Positions 8,521 to 16,514 are shown, counted from the first letter of the stretch. The stretch: DNA of 32,000 bases from an uncultured Rhodohalobacter sp. (GCA_964422985.1 CAYRDO010000010.1:4420-36419), one strand, 5' to 3'. The notes: generated from the letters alone by a model not told the origin. Translations and numbers: made by a program.

Positions 8521-8958
8521 TTATCCTACATTTCGGTTATACATTTGGATAGCAATTTTATTCTGCTGTTTTTGCTCGTAATCCAGAACCTTTTCTACAA
8601 ATTTTGCACGATCTCGCTTTTCCAGTTTTTCAAATATTTGGCTCTGTTTCTTGGCTTCGAGGACTTCTCTTCGTTGTTTTTCTATTTTTTCATTCATCCT
8701 GCTGAGTTCCGTCTCTACCTCCCATATTTGGTTCTGAAGATCTTTTTTGAACTCATATCCTTTTCGTATCTCAACAACTTTGAGTGATGTTGATGCACCG
8801 GATGGTTCCCCAAATTCATCTGATTTTCTTTTCAGATGATGCATTTTCTTTTCAAGTTGAACTTTTTCATTCAGAAGCTTTCCTAATTTTTGCTGCTCAC
8901 GGTCAACTTCATAGCGACGAATTTTTAAAAGTGATGCAAATTTGAAGACAAACTTCAT
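8521..8958 (-). CDS. fliJ: Flagellar export protein FliJ
   Basis: 145 aa, coiled-coil. The N-terminus FKFASLLKIRRYEVDREQQKLGKL is typical of FliJ. ATGA overlap with the fliI stop. Confidence 0.85.
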   Translation of the reverse strand: MKFVFKFASLLKIRRYEVDREQQKLGKLLNEKVQLEKKMHHLKRKSDEFGEPSGASTSLKVVEIRKGYEFKKDLQNQIWEVETELSRMNEKIEKQRREVLEAKKQSQIFEKLEKRDRAKFVEKVLDYEQKQQNKIAIQMYNRNVG

Positions 8959-10307
8959 ACACGACCTCCAGGCAATCCGGAACTTCCACGATCATCTCCA
9001 ACGATGTTAGCCAGGGCGTCCCAGATATCGGTATCAAAATCAGACTGATCCACGGGCTGAGTTAGAAAGTCATTCAAAGGCCCGATCTTCTTTACAGCTT
9101 TGTCCACTTTAGGATTCGATCCCTTAGAATAGGCCCCGATACTGATTAAATCTTCGGCCTCGTTATAAGCCGCCAAAAGCTCTCGCGCTTTATGGGAGAG
9201 TTGAAGCTGTTCCCGCGAAATAATGTTGTCCATAATCCTCGAAACACTGGACAGAACATCCACGGCCGGATAGTGATTTTTATGTGCCAATTGTCTTGAA
9301 AGTACAATGTGTCCGTCCAAAATAGACCGCGCTGCATCTGCTATGGGTTCGTTCATATCATCATTGTCTACCAAAACTGTATAGAGGCCGGTTATACTGC
9401 CTTTTTTTGTGCGACCTGCCCGCTCTAACAATTTGGGAAGTACAGCAAATACACTGGGTGTGTAGCCTTTTGTGGTTGGGGGTTCACCGGATGCAAGCCC
9501 GATTTCTCGCTGAGCCATGGCAACTCTAGTTACTGAATCCATCATAAGCATTACATCGCGCCCCCGGTCACGAAAATATTCGGCCACGGCCGTAGCTGTA
9601 AATGCTGCTTTCACGCGACTCATTGCGGCTTTATCAGAGGTTGTAGCCACAACTACCGATCGTTTCAACCCTTCTTCTCCAAGCACATCTCCAATAAATT
9701 CCTTTACTTCACGGCCACGTTCACCGATCAACGCAATAACATTTACTTCTGCTGATGAATGTGTAGCAATCATACCCATCAGTTTACTTTTACCAACCCC
9801 CGATCCGGCAAAAATCCCCATTCGTTGCCCTTTTCCAATGGAAATAAATCCGTCGATACTTCGAACGCCTGTATAAAGCATCTCGTCAATATTTCTGCGC
9901 TGTAAGGGTTCCGGCGGTTCATTATAAACCGGGCAATTGTCTGCATTGCCGATGGGACCTTTTCCATCTATGGGGCGGCCGTTGGCATCAATGACTCTTC
10001 CCAGCAACTCCTCACCAATCTTAATGCTCATTGATCTAGGAGATGACTCAACGTAGCATCCCGATTTTATGCCGGCTACATGATCCAGCGGCATCAACAA
10101 CGTTGAGTCTTTTTTCAAGCCTACAACCTCAGCCTGAATGTTGGTTCCGTTGTGGGTATAAATCGTATGAAGCTCTCCAACAGAAGCATCAAGACCGGTT
10201 GCTTCGATCACTGTTCCGATCACAGAAGAGACCTTTCCAAAACGCTTTGGGGTATTTTTTAACTGGTCAAGCTTCTCTGATATTTCGTCGATATAAGCTA
10301 AAAGCAT
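8955..10307 (-). CDS. fliI: Flagellum-specific ATPase FliI
   Basis: 450 aa. Walker A motif GIFAGSGVGKSKLMGMI and Walker B motif VMLMMDSVTR. F1/T3SS ATPase architecture. Confidence 0.97.
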   Translation of the reverse strand: MLLAYIDEISEKLDQLKNTPKRFGKVSSVIGTVIEATGLDASVGELHTIYTHNGTNIQAEVVGLKKDSTLLMPLDHVAGIKSGCYVESSPRSMSIKIGEELLGRVIDANGRPIDGKGPIGNADNCPVYNEPPEPLQRRNIDEMLYTGVRSIDGFISIGKGQRMGIFAGSGVGKSKLMGMIATHSSAEVNVIALIGERGREVKEFIGDVLGEEGLKRSVVVATTSDKAAMSRVKAAFTATAVAEYFRDRGRDVMLMMDSVTRVAMAQREIGLASGEPPTTKGYTPSVFAVLPKLLERAGRTKKGSITGLYTVLVDNDDMNEPIADAARSILDGHIVLSRQLAHKNHYPAVDVLSSVSRIMDNIISREQLQLSHKARELLAAYNEAEDLISIGAYSKGSNPKVDKAVKKIGPLNDFLTQPVDQSDFDTDIWDALANIVGDDRGSSGLPGGRV

Positions 10308-11011
10308 TACTCTGCTGTTTCTAATTCAAACTCTTCCAGTGCCACTTCTTCTCTGAAATCGAGTAACATTTTGTTGAAGTTTTTCACGATCCGTTCGTTT
10401 GATGTATCCACGATGTATTCTCCGGCAGAAAGCTTTTCCGATTTCGAAAGTTGAACTCTTTCAGGGTTTGGCAACTCCTCCAATGCTTGTGAAACAAATT
10501 CAAAGTCTGATGAGGCTACAACGAGTTTTACCTGAATATTCTGGTCGAATGATGAAATCAGATTCTTTACCTCAACCTTTACCCGTTCTCTTAGTTTTAC
10601 ACTCTTCACAGGCAATCCCAGGATTTTTTCTGTGATATCAAAAGCAAGTGTTGCTACCTGCGGTTTTAAATCGTCCATCAATCCGGAAATCCGATCTTCA
10701 ATAGCTGATACCACACTTTTCATCCATTCTTTTTTCTGATTCATTTCTGTTAAGGCTCGCTCTTTACCTTGTTTTATTCCCTCTTCAAGCCCTTTCTGAA
10801 ATGCTTCAGTCTTGGCTTCTTCGAGTTTCAACCTCCACTCGTCCTCAGCTTTCTCAAGTACCTCTCGGTGCTCTTTGAATGGAACCTGTTCATGGAACCC
10901 ATTCGAATGATTTCCATTTCCTGAATCGTCAAACAACATTTCATAGGATAGACGCCGGCTCTCACCATTTTCCACCTGCAAACTATTCGAATCGATGATA
11001 TTATTTTCCAT
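10307..11011 (-). CDS. fliH: Flagellar assembly protein FliH
   Basis: 234 aa. Charged coiled-coil N-half (EAKTEAFQKGLEEGIKQGKE) and a FliH/YscL-like C-half. Its stop overlaps the fliI start (TAATG). Lies between fliG and fliI. Confidence 0.85.
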   Translation of the reverse strand: MENNIIDSNSLQVENGESRRLSYEMLFDDSGNGNHSNGFHEQVPFKEHREVLEKAEDEWRLKLEEAKTEAFQKGLEEGIKQGKERALTEMNQKKEWMKSVVSAIEDRISGLMDDLKPQVATLAFDITEKILGLPVKSVKLRERVKVEVKNLISSFDQNIQVKLVVASSDFEFVSQALEELPNPERVQLSKSEKLSAGEYIVDTSNERIVKNFNKMLLDFREEVALEEFELETAE

Positions 11012-11022
11012 AGGGGTACCTC

Positions 11023-12051
11023 TTATTCAATCCATTCTTCGTCGGATGATATCCGGGTGGATACTTTTCCTTCTTCTTCCAATTTCTTTATTTGACTGAC
11101 AATCCGTTGCTGAGACTCCTCAACTTGCATTTTATGGACCTGTCCGGCTGCCTCCATATCCTCTAGCAGCATCTCTTTGGCTCTTGAAGACATATTCTTC
11201 AAGAATTTTTGGATGAGCTCTTCCGTCACCCCTTTCAGTCCAACTACAAGATCATTTCTGTCGATCTCTGAAATGATGCTTTGCACTTCTCTATCTGTCA
11301 ATTCCACAATATCCTCAAAGAGGAACATCTGATTCTTAATCTCATTGGCCAGATTTTCATCCAACTTCTCAATATTTCCAAGAACCGATCTTTCTGTGGC
11401 CAGATCAGCTTCATTGAGAATTTCAGCGATTGCCGATGACCCTTTCCGTAAATTTTCTGATTCTGTGTAGGTTCCGCCCATATGGTCGCGAATTACCTCT
11501 TCGATCTCTTCGATGACATCTGATGAAATATTTCCCATCTTTGCCATTCTCATACAAACTTCTCCCTGGAAACCGGCATCAAAATCGCGGAGTATTTCAG
11601 ATGCTCTTTTGACATCCAAATGACCAATAATAATGGCAGCAATCTGCGGATGTTCGTTTTGTAAAAACTGAACAATCTGAGTGGTTTCTGCCGATTGAAA
11701 CAGTCCAAACGTATCGTTTCCGGTTTTACTTTCCAGCCTCTTCATCATGGCCCGCACTTCTTTCTCGCCCTTTGTTTCGTTTAAGACATTTCTGGCATAA
11801 TCCATCCCACCTTCAAGTACAAACTTCTGGCTTTGAATCAGGGAGTAGAAATCGCGAATGACTTTGTCTACAACTTCAGGATTGATATTATCCATGCTTG
11901 CGATTTCCAAAGTGATTTTTTCCACTTCTTCATCTTTCAGCATTTTCAATATCATTGAAGCCCGTTCAACTCCAAGTGAAATCAATAAAACGGCTACTTT
12001 TTGCGTATTGGAGAGTTCTGAAACACTTGATATTATATTTTTCTCAGCCAT
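11023..12051 (-). CDS. fliG: Flagellar motor switch protein FliG
   Basis: 342 aa. Contains MFLFEDIVELTDREVQSIISEIDRNDLVVGLKG...MSSRAKEMLLEDME, the FliG C-terminal torque helix region. The N-terminus has the KVAVLLISLG motif. Confidence 0.96.
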   Translation of the reverse strand: MAEKNIISSVSELSNTQKVAVLLISLGVERASMILKMLKDEEVEKITLEIASMDNINPEVVDKVIRDFYSLIQSQKFVLEGGMDYARNVLNETKGEKEVRAMMKRLESKTGNDTFGLFQSAETTQIVQFLQNEHPQIAAIIIGHLDVKRASEILRDFDAGFQGEVCMRMAKMGNISSDVIEEIEEVIRDHMGGTYTESENLRKGSSAIAEILNEADLATERSVLGNIEKLDENLANEIKNQMFLFEDIVELTDREVQSIISEIDRNDLVVGLKGVTEELIQKFLKNMSSRAKEMLLEDMEAAGQVHKMQVEESQQRIVSQIKKLEEEGKVSTRISSDEEWIE

Positions 12052-13692
12052 TTATACCCTCTCCCGTTCAGATGTATCTGATTCCAATACACCACTCATC
12101 ATACTTCGAACATAACTGGCCGCCTCCGGAGTATTGCTATCTACAAACTTTTTGACCTCATCAGCTACTTCACTCACGTTGGTCAGTTCTTTCGCGGGTT
12201 CACTCAGCTTTTTCCTGTATAGATCCTCGTCGCTTTCCTGAGTTTCTCCTTCCAGGTATCGGCTCTCTTCGCCTCCATCAAGTTCTCTGGAAAAATCATT
12301 TTTGGCCAACAATGGTAGTGATTGTGCACTAAAATTATTTGTAATTCGGTAGATAAGAACAGCAACTACAATCAAGACGATGGCTACAATAATCCACCGG
12401 ATCAACTCAAACATGGAGTACGGTTCCATAAAAAAGCCACCTGAAGTTTCGTCTGAAAAGGTTTCCTGAAACCGAATCTGTTGTACGGTTAACACATCAC
12501 CGCGGTCAGCCCGAATGCCAAGAGCACCGGCCATCACATTTCTGATCTCTTCAATCTCCTGCTCCTCATACGGCTCGGTATTTATAACCTCTTCCCCATT
12601 CTCATCCGTGATCGTTTCTGTTTTATAATCAAGTAAAATGGAAGCCGTAATATTCTCAATTTCACCGACAGTTCGCTCCAGTCGTTCTTGTGATTTACTC
12701 ACTTCATAATTCCGAACTTGTACCGAAGATTCATCATTTTGCACATTTACAGGTGTGGCCTCTTCGCCATCAACTGTGTAACGGAACTCCTGAACTTCAT
12801 TCGCATTCGCCGAGGTTCGTTCCTCCTCTGAAATAACCACACGCGAATCGGGATCTATGATGTCTGATTCGCGGACAAGCTTATCAAAGTTGTGTTCGGT
12901 ACTTACCCGAACAATGCTATTTCCGGGTCCCAAAACCCTGTCTAACATCGATTGACCTTTGTTTGTCAGGTAATCCTCGGTACTTTGGCGCAGGCGCATA
13001 TTTGCCGATTCAGCCGTCCACTCCTTATCCATCAAAATACCCTCGGAGATCCGATTCCCGTTCTGGTCGAGAATAACTACATTTTCTGCATTCAATCCCT
13101 CTACACTGCCTGAAATCAAAGCTCCGATTCCCCGAATCTGATCACCATCCAGCGAACGACTCCCTTGCAAATTCAAAATCACAGATGCAGATGGCTCTAC
13201 GGTTGATTCCTGGAATGGTGAACGCTCCGGCATTACAATATGAATTCGGGAAGATTCAACCTGGCTTAGATTATTAATCGTCCGGGCCAGTTCACCTTCA
13301 AGCGCCCTTTTTTTGTTTATTCGCTGCATAAAATCTGTCATGCCCAGTGTATTCTGGTCAAACAACTCATACCCGCGGTAATCCGCGCCCGATGCCCCTT
13401 CACCGGCAAATCTCAGACGTAAATTGTACACACGATCTCGCGGCACCATGATGGACTGGCCGTTGTCCCTTAATTCGTAAGAAACCCCCATCGATTCCAA
13501 TTCTTCCACAATGGTTTGAGCCGAATCGGGAGAAAGTGAACCAAAAAGAACCGCATAACTCGGCTGCAACGCCCAGTAAAAAAGCAGGGTTGTGATCGTG
13601 AGAATACCAACCGTAAAAATCACAAAAAGCGTCTTCTGAGCGGCACTCAGTGGTCGGAAAAAAGCGCTAAAAGAGTCGATAATTCTTGCCAT
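12052..13692 (-). CDS. fliF: Flagellar M-ring protein FliF
   Basis: 546 aa. Two TM segments flank a large periplasmic YscJ/FliF domain (YAVLFGSLSPDSAQTIVEELESMGVSYEL...). The stop directly abuts the fliG ATG (TAAATG). Confidence 0.95.
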   Translation of the reverse strand: MARIIDSFSAFFRPLSAAQKTLFVIFTVGILTITTLLFYWALQPSYAVLFGSLSPDSAQTIVEELESMGVSYELRDNGQSIMVPRDRVYNLRLRFAGEGASGADYRGYELFDQNTLGMTDFMQRINKKRALEGELARTINNLSQVESSRIHIVMPERSPFQESTVEPSASVILNLQGSRSLDGDQIRGIGALISGSVEGLNAENVVILDQNGNRISEGILMDKEWTAESANMRLRQSTEDYLTNKGQSMLDRVLGPGNSIVRVSTEHNFDKLVRESDIIDPDSRVVISEEERTSANANEVQEFRYTVDGEEATPVNVQNDESSVQVRNYEVSKSQERLERTVGEIENITASILLDYKTETITDENGEEVINTEPYEEQEIEEIRNVMAGALGIRADRGDVLTVQQIRFQETFSDETSGGFFMEPYSMFELIRWIIVAIVLIVVAVLIYRITNNFSAQSLPLLAKNDFSRELDGGEESRYLEGETQESDEDLYRKKLSEPAKELTNVSEVADEVKKFVDSNTPEAASYVRSMMSGVLESDTSERERV

Positions 13693-13706
13693 AAACCCTG
13701 GTTACT

Positions 13707-14033
13707 TCAGATTTGCATTCTGCTAAGTTCCTGGTACGTTTCTATTGCTTTATTTCGAATTTCCATCATCATTTGGAAACTCAAGCGAGCTTTCTGCATC
13801 GAAATCATTGCGTCGTGGATGTTATCGGAACGACCCATCACAATGTCTTCCACATTTTGATCTGCTGTTTTTTGAGCCTGATCCACTGACTGAATAGCAT
13901 CCTGAACCATATCAGAAAATGTATTTCCATCCCCATCAACCGTTCTGTTTTCAAGAGACTGCGGTGCTCCCATCCCATCGTTTTCAACGCGGTTTCGGAG
14001 TTGGTTCACAGCGGGTGTTATTTCAATAGCCAT
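13707..14033 (-). CDS. fliE: Flagellar hook-basal body complex protein FliE
   Basis: 108 aa. FSDMVQDAIQSVDQAQKTADQ...IHDAMISMQKARLSFQMMMEIRNKAIETYQELSRMQI is the FliE signature. Confidence 0.93.
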   Translation of the reverse strand: MAIEITPAVNQLRNRVENDGMGAPQSLENRTVDGDGNTFSDMVQDAIQSVDQAQKTADQNVEDIVMGRSDNIHDAMISMQKARLSFQMMMEIRNKAIETYQELSRMQI

Positions 14034-14043
14034 ATTTCAGTGA

Positions 14044-14271
14044 TTAAATTCTCAGATCAATATTTGAGCCCCTGGCTGCAGGTTGTTCTCTTCGGACCGA
14101 ACCGGAACCTTCATAAAACTCGAGCGAAGGTGTCTTCCCCTTAAATTTTTTACTGATCATTTTTTCCTCTTCATTCGAAAGCTCATTCGTTTTAGCAGAT
14201 ACATCCTGCTTTTTTTCGAGTAACGAACTTCGTCGGGTTCCCAGAAATGATTGTACGCCTTCGGTTTTCAT
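14044..14271 (-). CDS. Hypothetical 75-aa hydrophilic protein embedded between flgC and fliE
   Basis: ATG start located 12 nt after the flgC stop. Its own stop lies 10 nt before the fliE ATG, on the same strand. Sequence: MKTEGVQSFLGTRRSSLLEKKQDVSAKTNELSNEEEKMISKKFKGKTPSLEFYEGSGSVRREQPAARGSNIDLRI. No TM helix and no motif I recognise. The coding call rests on tight operon packing alone. Confidence 0.5.
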   Translation of the reverse strand: MKTEGVQSFLGTRRSSLLEKKQDVSAKTNELSNEEEKMISKKFKGKTPSLEFYEGSGSVRREQPAARGSNIDLRI

Positions 14272-14283
14272 CGTTTACTTCAT

Positions 14284-14781
14284 TTAAATTTCAAATGCGT
14301 GTTTAATATTCGTTTTCTCTGCTTCAATTACACTCAGGTTCGCTTCATACAGGCGATTCGCATTTACCATTCGGGTCATTTCTTCAATCAGATCTACATC
14401 CGGATACTTCACCATTCCGTTTTCATCGGCATCGGGATGATCCGGGTCATATTCAAACCGAAACTGTTCGCGTTCTTCAATTTGGATACGGGGGGCCAAA
14501 TCTGCATTTCCCATCTCCTGCGTTCGGGTGGACGGTTCGCTTACATGGGCTCTATTCGACCTGTCCATCTGAAGGAGAGAATTTTCCAGTGCCTGAAAGA
14601 ATTGCCTTTCTCCTCCCGTTGAGGCTACGATAGTTTTGGGGCGATAGGGACCATTGCCATTCAGTTGCTGGGTAGTATTGGCATTGGCAATATTTTCTGA
14701 TGCAACAGAAATCTGCTCTCTCTGCTGAGCGAGTCCTCTGCCGGCGGTTTTAAATACGGAAAAAAATCGATCTACATTCAT
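14284..14781 (-). CDS. flgC: Flagellar basal-body rod protein FlgC
   Basis: N-terminal motif GLAQQREQISVASENIANANTT. C-terminal motif YPDVDLIEEMTRMVNANRLYEANLSVIEAEK. The track start at 14784 is a GTG; the adjacent ATG at 14781 is preferred. Confidence 0.93.
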   Translation of the reverse strand: MNVDRFFSVFKTAGRGLAQQREQISVASENIANANTTQQLNGNGPYRPKTIVASTGGERQFFQALENSLLQMDRSNRAHVSEPSTRTQEMGNADLAPRIQIEEREQFRFEYDPDHPDADENGMVKYPDVDLIEEMTRMVNANRLYEANLSVIEAEKTNIKHAFEI

Positions 14782-14788
14782 CACTTAC

Positions 14789-15133
14789 TTATCCACTCCG
14801 GCCGGTAATTCCCGACCTGATTTGATCAAAATTGTGTCTTAATGCCCTGGAAACCAGTTGAACCCGCATCTGGGTATCGGCCATTTCAAGAAGTTCGTTT
14901 TCCAGTATTGGTTTTTCATCAGACTGCACAATCCTGGGATTGACGCTTTCCGGATTTTGATTCAAAGACGTTTCGTCTGCATTTCGAAGCTCTTCCTCAA
15001 ATGAAACGGATACGCGTTTATATCCGGGGGTATCCATATTGGCAATGTTGGCGGCCGTCATCTTCTGGCGCAATGAATAGGCATCCATTGTTTTTTCCAG
15101 AAGGCGGATATGTTGGTTGTCAATTAATTTCAT
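14789..15133 (-). CDS. flgB: Flagellar basal-body rod protein FlgB
   Basis: MKLIDNQHIRLLEKTMDAYSLRQKMTAANIANMDTPGYKR... is the FlgB N-terminal motif. I reject the longer track ORF (start 15196) because its extra 21 codons (MIISWHRYCIFKCEDKPGFIR) would run through the sigma-54 promoter. Confidence 0.9.
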   Translation of the reverse strand: MKLIDNQHIRLLEKTMDAYSLRQKMTAANIANMDTPGYKRVSVSFEEELRNADETSLNQNPESVNPRIVQSDEKPILENELLEMADTQMRVQLVSRALRHNFDQIRSGITGRSG

Positions 15134-15168
15134 TCTGATAAAGCCTGGTTTGTCTTCGCATTTAAAAA

Positions 15169-15185
15169 TGCAATACCTGTGCCAA
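15169..15185 (-). promoter_or_regulatory. Sigma-54 (RpoN)-dependent promoter of the flgB operon
   Basis: The minus strand reads 5'-TTGGCAC AGGTA TTGCA T-3'. The -24 TGGCAC is plus 15179-15184 and the -12 TTGCA is plus 15169-15173. This matches the consensus TGGCAC-N5-TTGCW exactly. It lies about 35 nt upstream of the flgB ATG (15133). Confidence 0.8.
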
Positions 15186-15253
15186 CTTATAATCACACTT
15201 TAAATCAGATAAAAACCCCTTTATACACAAAAGTTTTTGAGATGAAAGGCAAT

Positions 15254-15274
15254 TTTTTCCAGTCGAAGGAAAAA
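15254..15274. promoter_or_regulatory. Inverted repeat TTTTTCC-N7-GGAAAAA, candidate enhancer (UAS) or bending site upstream of the sigma-54 promoter
   Basis: A perfect 7-bp inverted repeat (15254-15260 / 15268-15274) lies 70-90 bp upstream of the -24 element. This is the distance at which bEBP enhancer or IHF sites usually sit. The sequence is AT-rich, so chance occurrence is plausible. Confidence 0.2.
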
Positions 15275-15410
15275 CTGTCTTCCTTTTTTATTATAAAGTT
15301 TTAAGCAAAACTGCTGATAAGTAAGGATGGAACATTTTATGGCCGGCTCTCTATAATCCTACAACCGATTTTATTGGCCAAATAAAAATTCATTGGTGGT
15401 CAACCATATG

Positions 15411-15489
15411 ATTGCCTGTACTACAAATGAATCGGAATTTTTATAATCTTGTAGTTTGAGGGGGGAAAAAGACTACGATTACAGGCAAT
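15411..15489. repeat. Nested inverted repeats immediately upstream of the histidine-kinase-like gene
   Basis: The outer repeat is a perfect 10-bp pair: ATTGCCTGTA (15411-15420) and TACAGGCAAT (15480-15489). The inner repeat is a 7-bp pair: ACTACAA (15420-15426) and TTGTAGT (15449-15455). Both enclose a purine run, GAGGGGGGAAAAAG. Confidence 0.6.
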
Positions 15490-15516
15490 ATTTACAGATT
15501 GGGGTACAGATTGAGT

Positions 15517-16452
15517 ATGAATAGTACTATACAAACACTTATAAACGGATACAATCATCCTGCATTCCTAAGCGATGCATCGGACAGGCATATTCTTTTT
15601 TTAAATCAAGCTGCTGAAAAAGAGTTTGGAGTTCCTGCTACTGACGATACCAAAAGCACACTCCAGGATTTTTTCAGTTCCAGAAAAGTTATCAAACAGG
15701 ATCAACTTTGGAAACGCAACAAGAAAGAGTTTGAATTTCACGAAGAAGAAGTAAGAATAGATGATCAAGAGTATATTTTAACTGTTGTCAAATCTCCTGA
15801 GGATGAGCAAAAACCATTGGATCTGTTTGATTTACAGAAAGAGATGGCAAGATTGATAGTTCACCGATTTCATTCACCTCTAAATGGAGTCAGCGGCTTT
15901 ACAGAGTTGTTAAAAAATACAGATCTGGATGAAAAACAATCCTCATATATCGAATCGATAGAAAAGGGGTTGACGGATTTTAAGGAGATATTATCTGAGC
16001 TAAAAGAGCTCGCGGTTGATATTGAAGTACAATACAGCAAAATCGATGTGGAAAAATTCAGCCAGGATATTGCTAATCAATTTTCTGAAGAGAATAAAAA
16101 ACGAATTAATATTCTTATAAACCCAGAGATTAAAGAGATCCGAAGTGATTTTGTACTGCTTCAAAAAATAGTAACCGAACTACTAAATAACGCTCTTGAT
16201 TTTAGCGCTGAACCAACCGGCGAAATTAGCCTTCATTTCAGAAAAGATCATCGCATTCGCGTTACAAATTTCGCCAAAAAAATACCTGACTCGTTTACAC
16301 ACAAAATGTTTTATCCATTCTATTCGAACAAAGCGAGAGGGATTGGACTGGGGCTTCCCAAAAGTTACTATTTTGCGAAAGAACTCGGCTACGACATTGA
16401 GTTGTCTCAAAACTCATCCTCAAAAGGAATCAGTTTTGATATTCGAATGTGA
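15517..16452 (+). CDS. Soluble PAS-domain histidine-kinase-like protein with degenerate H-box neighbour and G1 box
   Basis: No TM segment. The N-terminal ~100 aa are PAS-like (HPAFLSDASDRHILFLNQAAEKEFG). DHp H-box: HRFHSPLNGVSGFTELL. N-box: ELLNNALDFS. F/G2 boxes: MFYPFYS...ARGIGLGL. At the G1 position (DxGxG) the sequence reads VTNFAKKIP. The track start at 15499 is a TTG; the first ATG is at 15517. Confidence 0.8.
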   Translation: MNSTIQTLINGYNHPAFLSDASDRHILFLNQAAEKEFGVPATDDTKSTLQDFFSSRKVIKQDQLWKRNKKEFEFHEEEVRIDDQEYILTVVKSPEDEQKPLDLFDLQKEMARLIVHRFHSPLNGVSGFTELLKNTDLDEKQSSYIESIEKGLTDFKEILSELKELAVDIEVQYSKIDVEKFSQDIANQFSEENKKRINILINPEIKEIRSDFVLLQKIVTELLNNALDFSAEPTGEISLHFRKDHRIRVTNFAKKIPDSFTHKMFYPFYSNKARGIGLGLPKSYYFAKELGYDIELSQNSSSKGISFDIRM

Positions 16453-16514
16453 TACATGCTGACAATGTGAAGTTGAGAATCTTTTAGATTCCAATGAGTA
16501 AGCTGTAAAAATTT

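Noticed and set aside
14789-15196. Longer flgB ORF starting at 15196 (135 aa) as given by the ORF track
   Set aside because: The extra 21 N-terminal codons (MIISWHRYCIFKCEDKPGFIR) do not look like FlgB and would lie across the sigma-54 -24/-12 elements. MKLIDNQ… from the ATG at 15133 matches FlgB N-termini.
15266-15290. Hairpin AAGGA-n10-TCCTT followed by a T-run as an intrinsic terminator in the flgB/kinase intergenic region
   Set aside because: The stem is only 5 bp and AT-rich with a 10-nt loop. No upstream gene needs termination there on the plus strand. It overlaps the TTTTTCC/GGAAAAA repeat, which explains the complementarity.
16453-16514. GAATC-tttta-GATTC hairpin between the convergent kinase-like and wHTH genes as a bidirectional terminator
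   Set aside because: A 5-bp stem without a flanking U/A tract is too weak to call.
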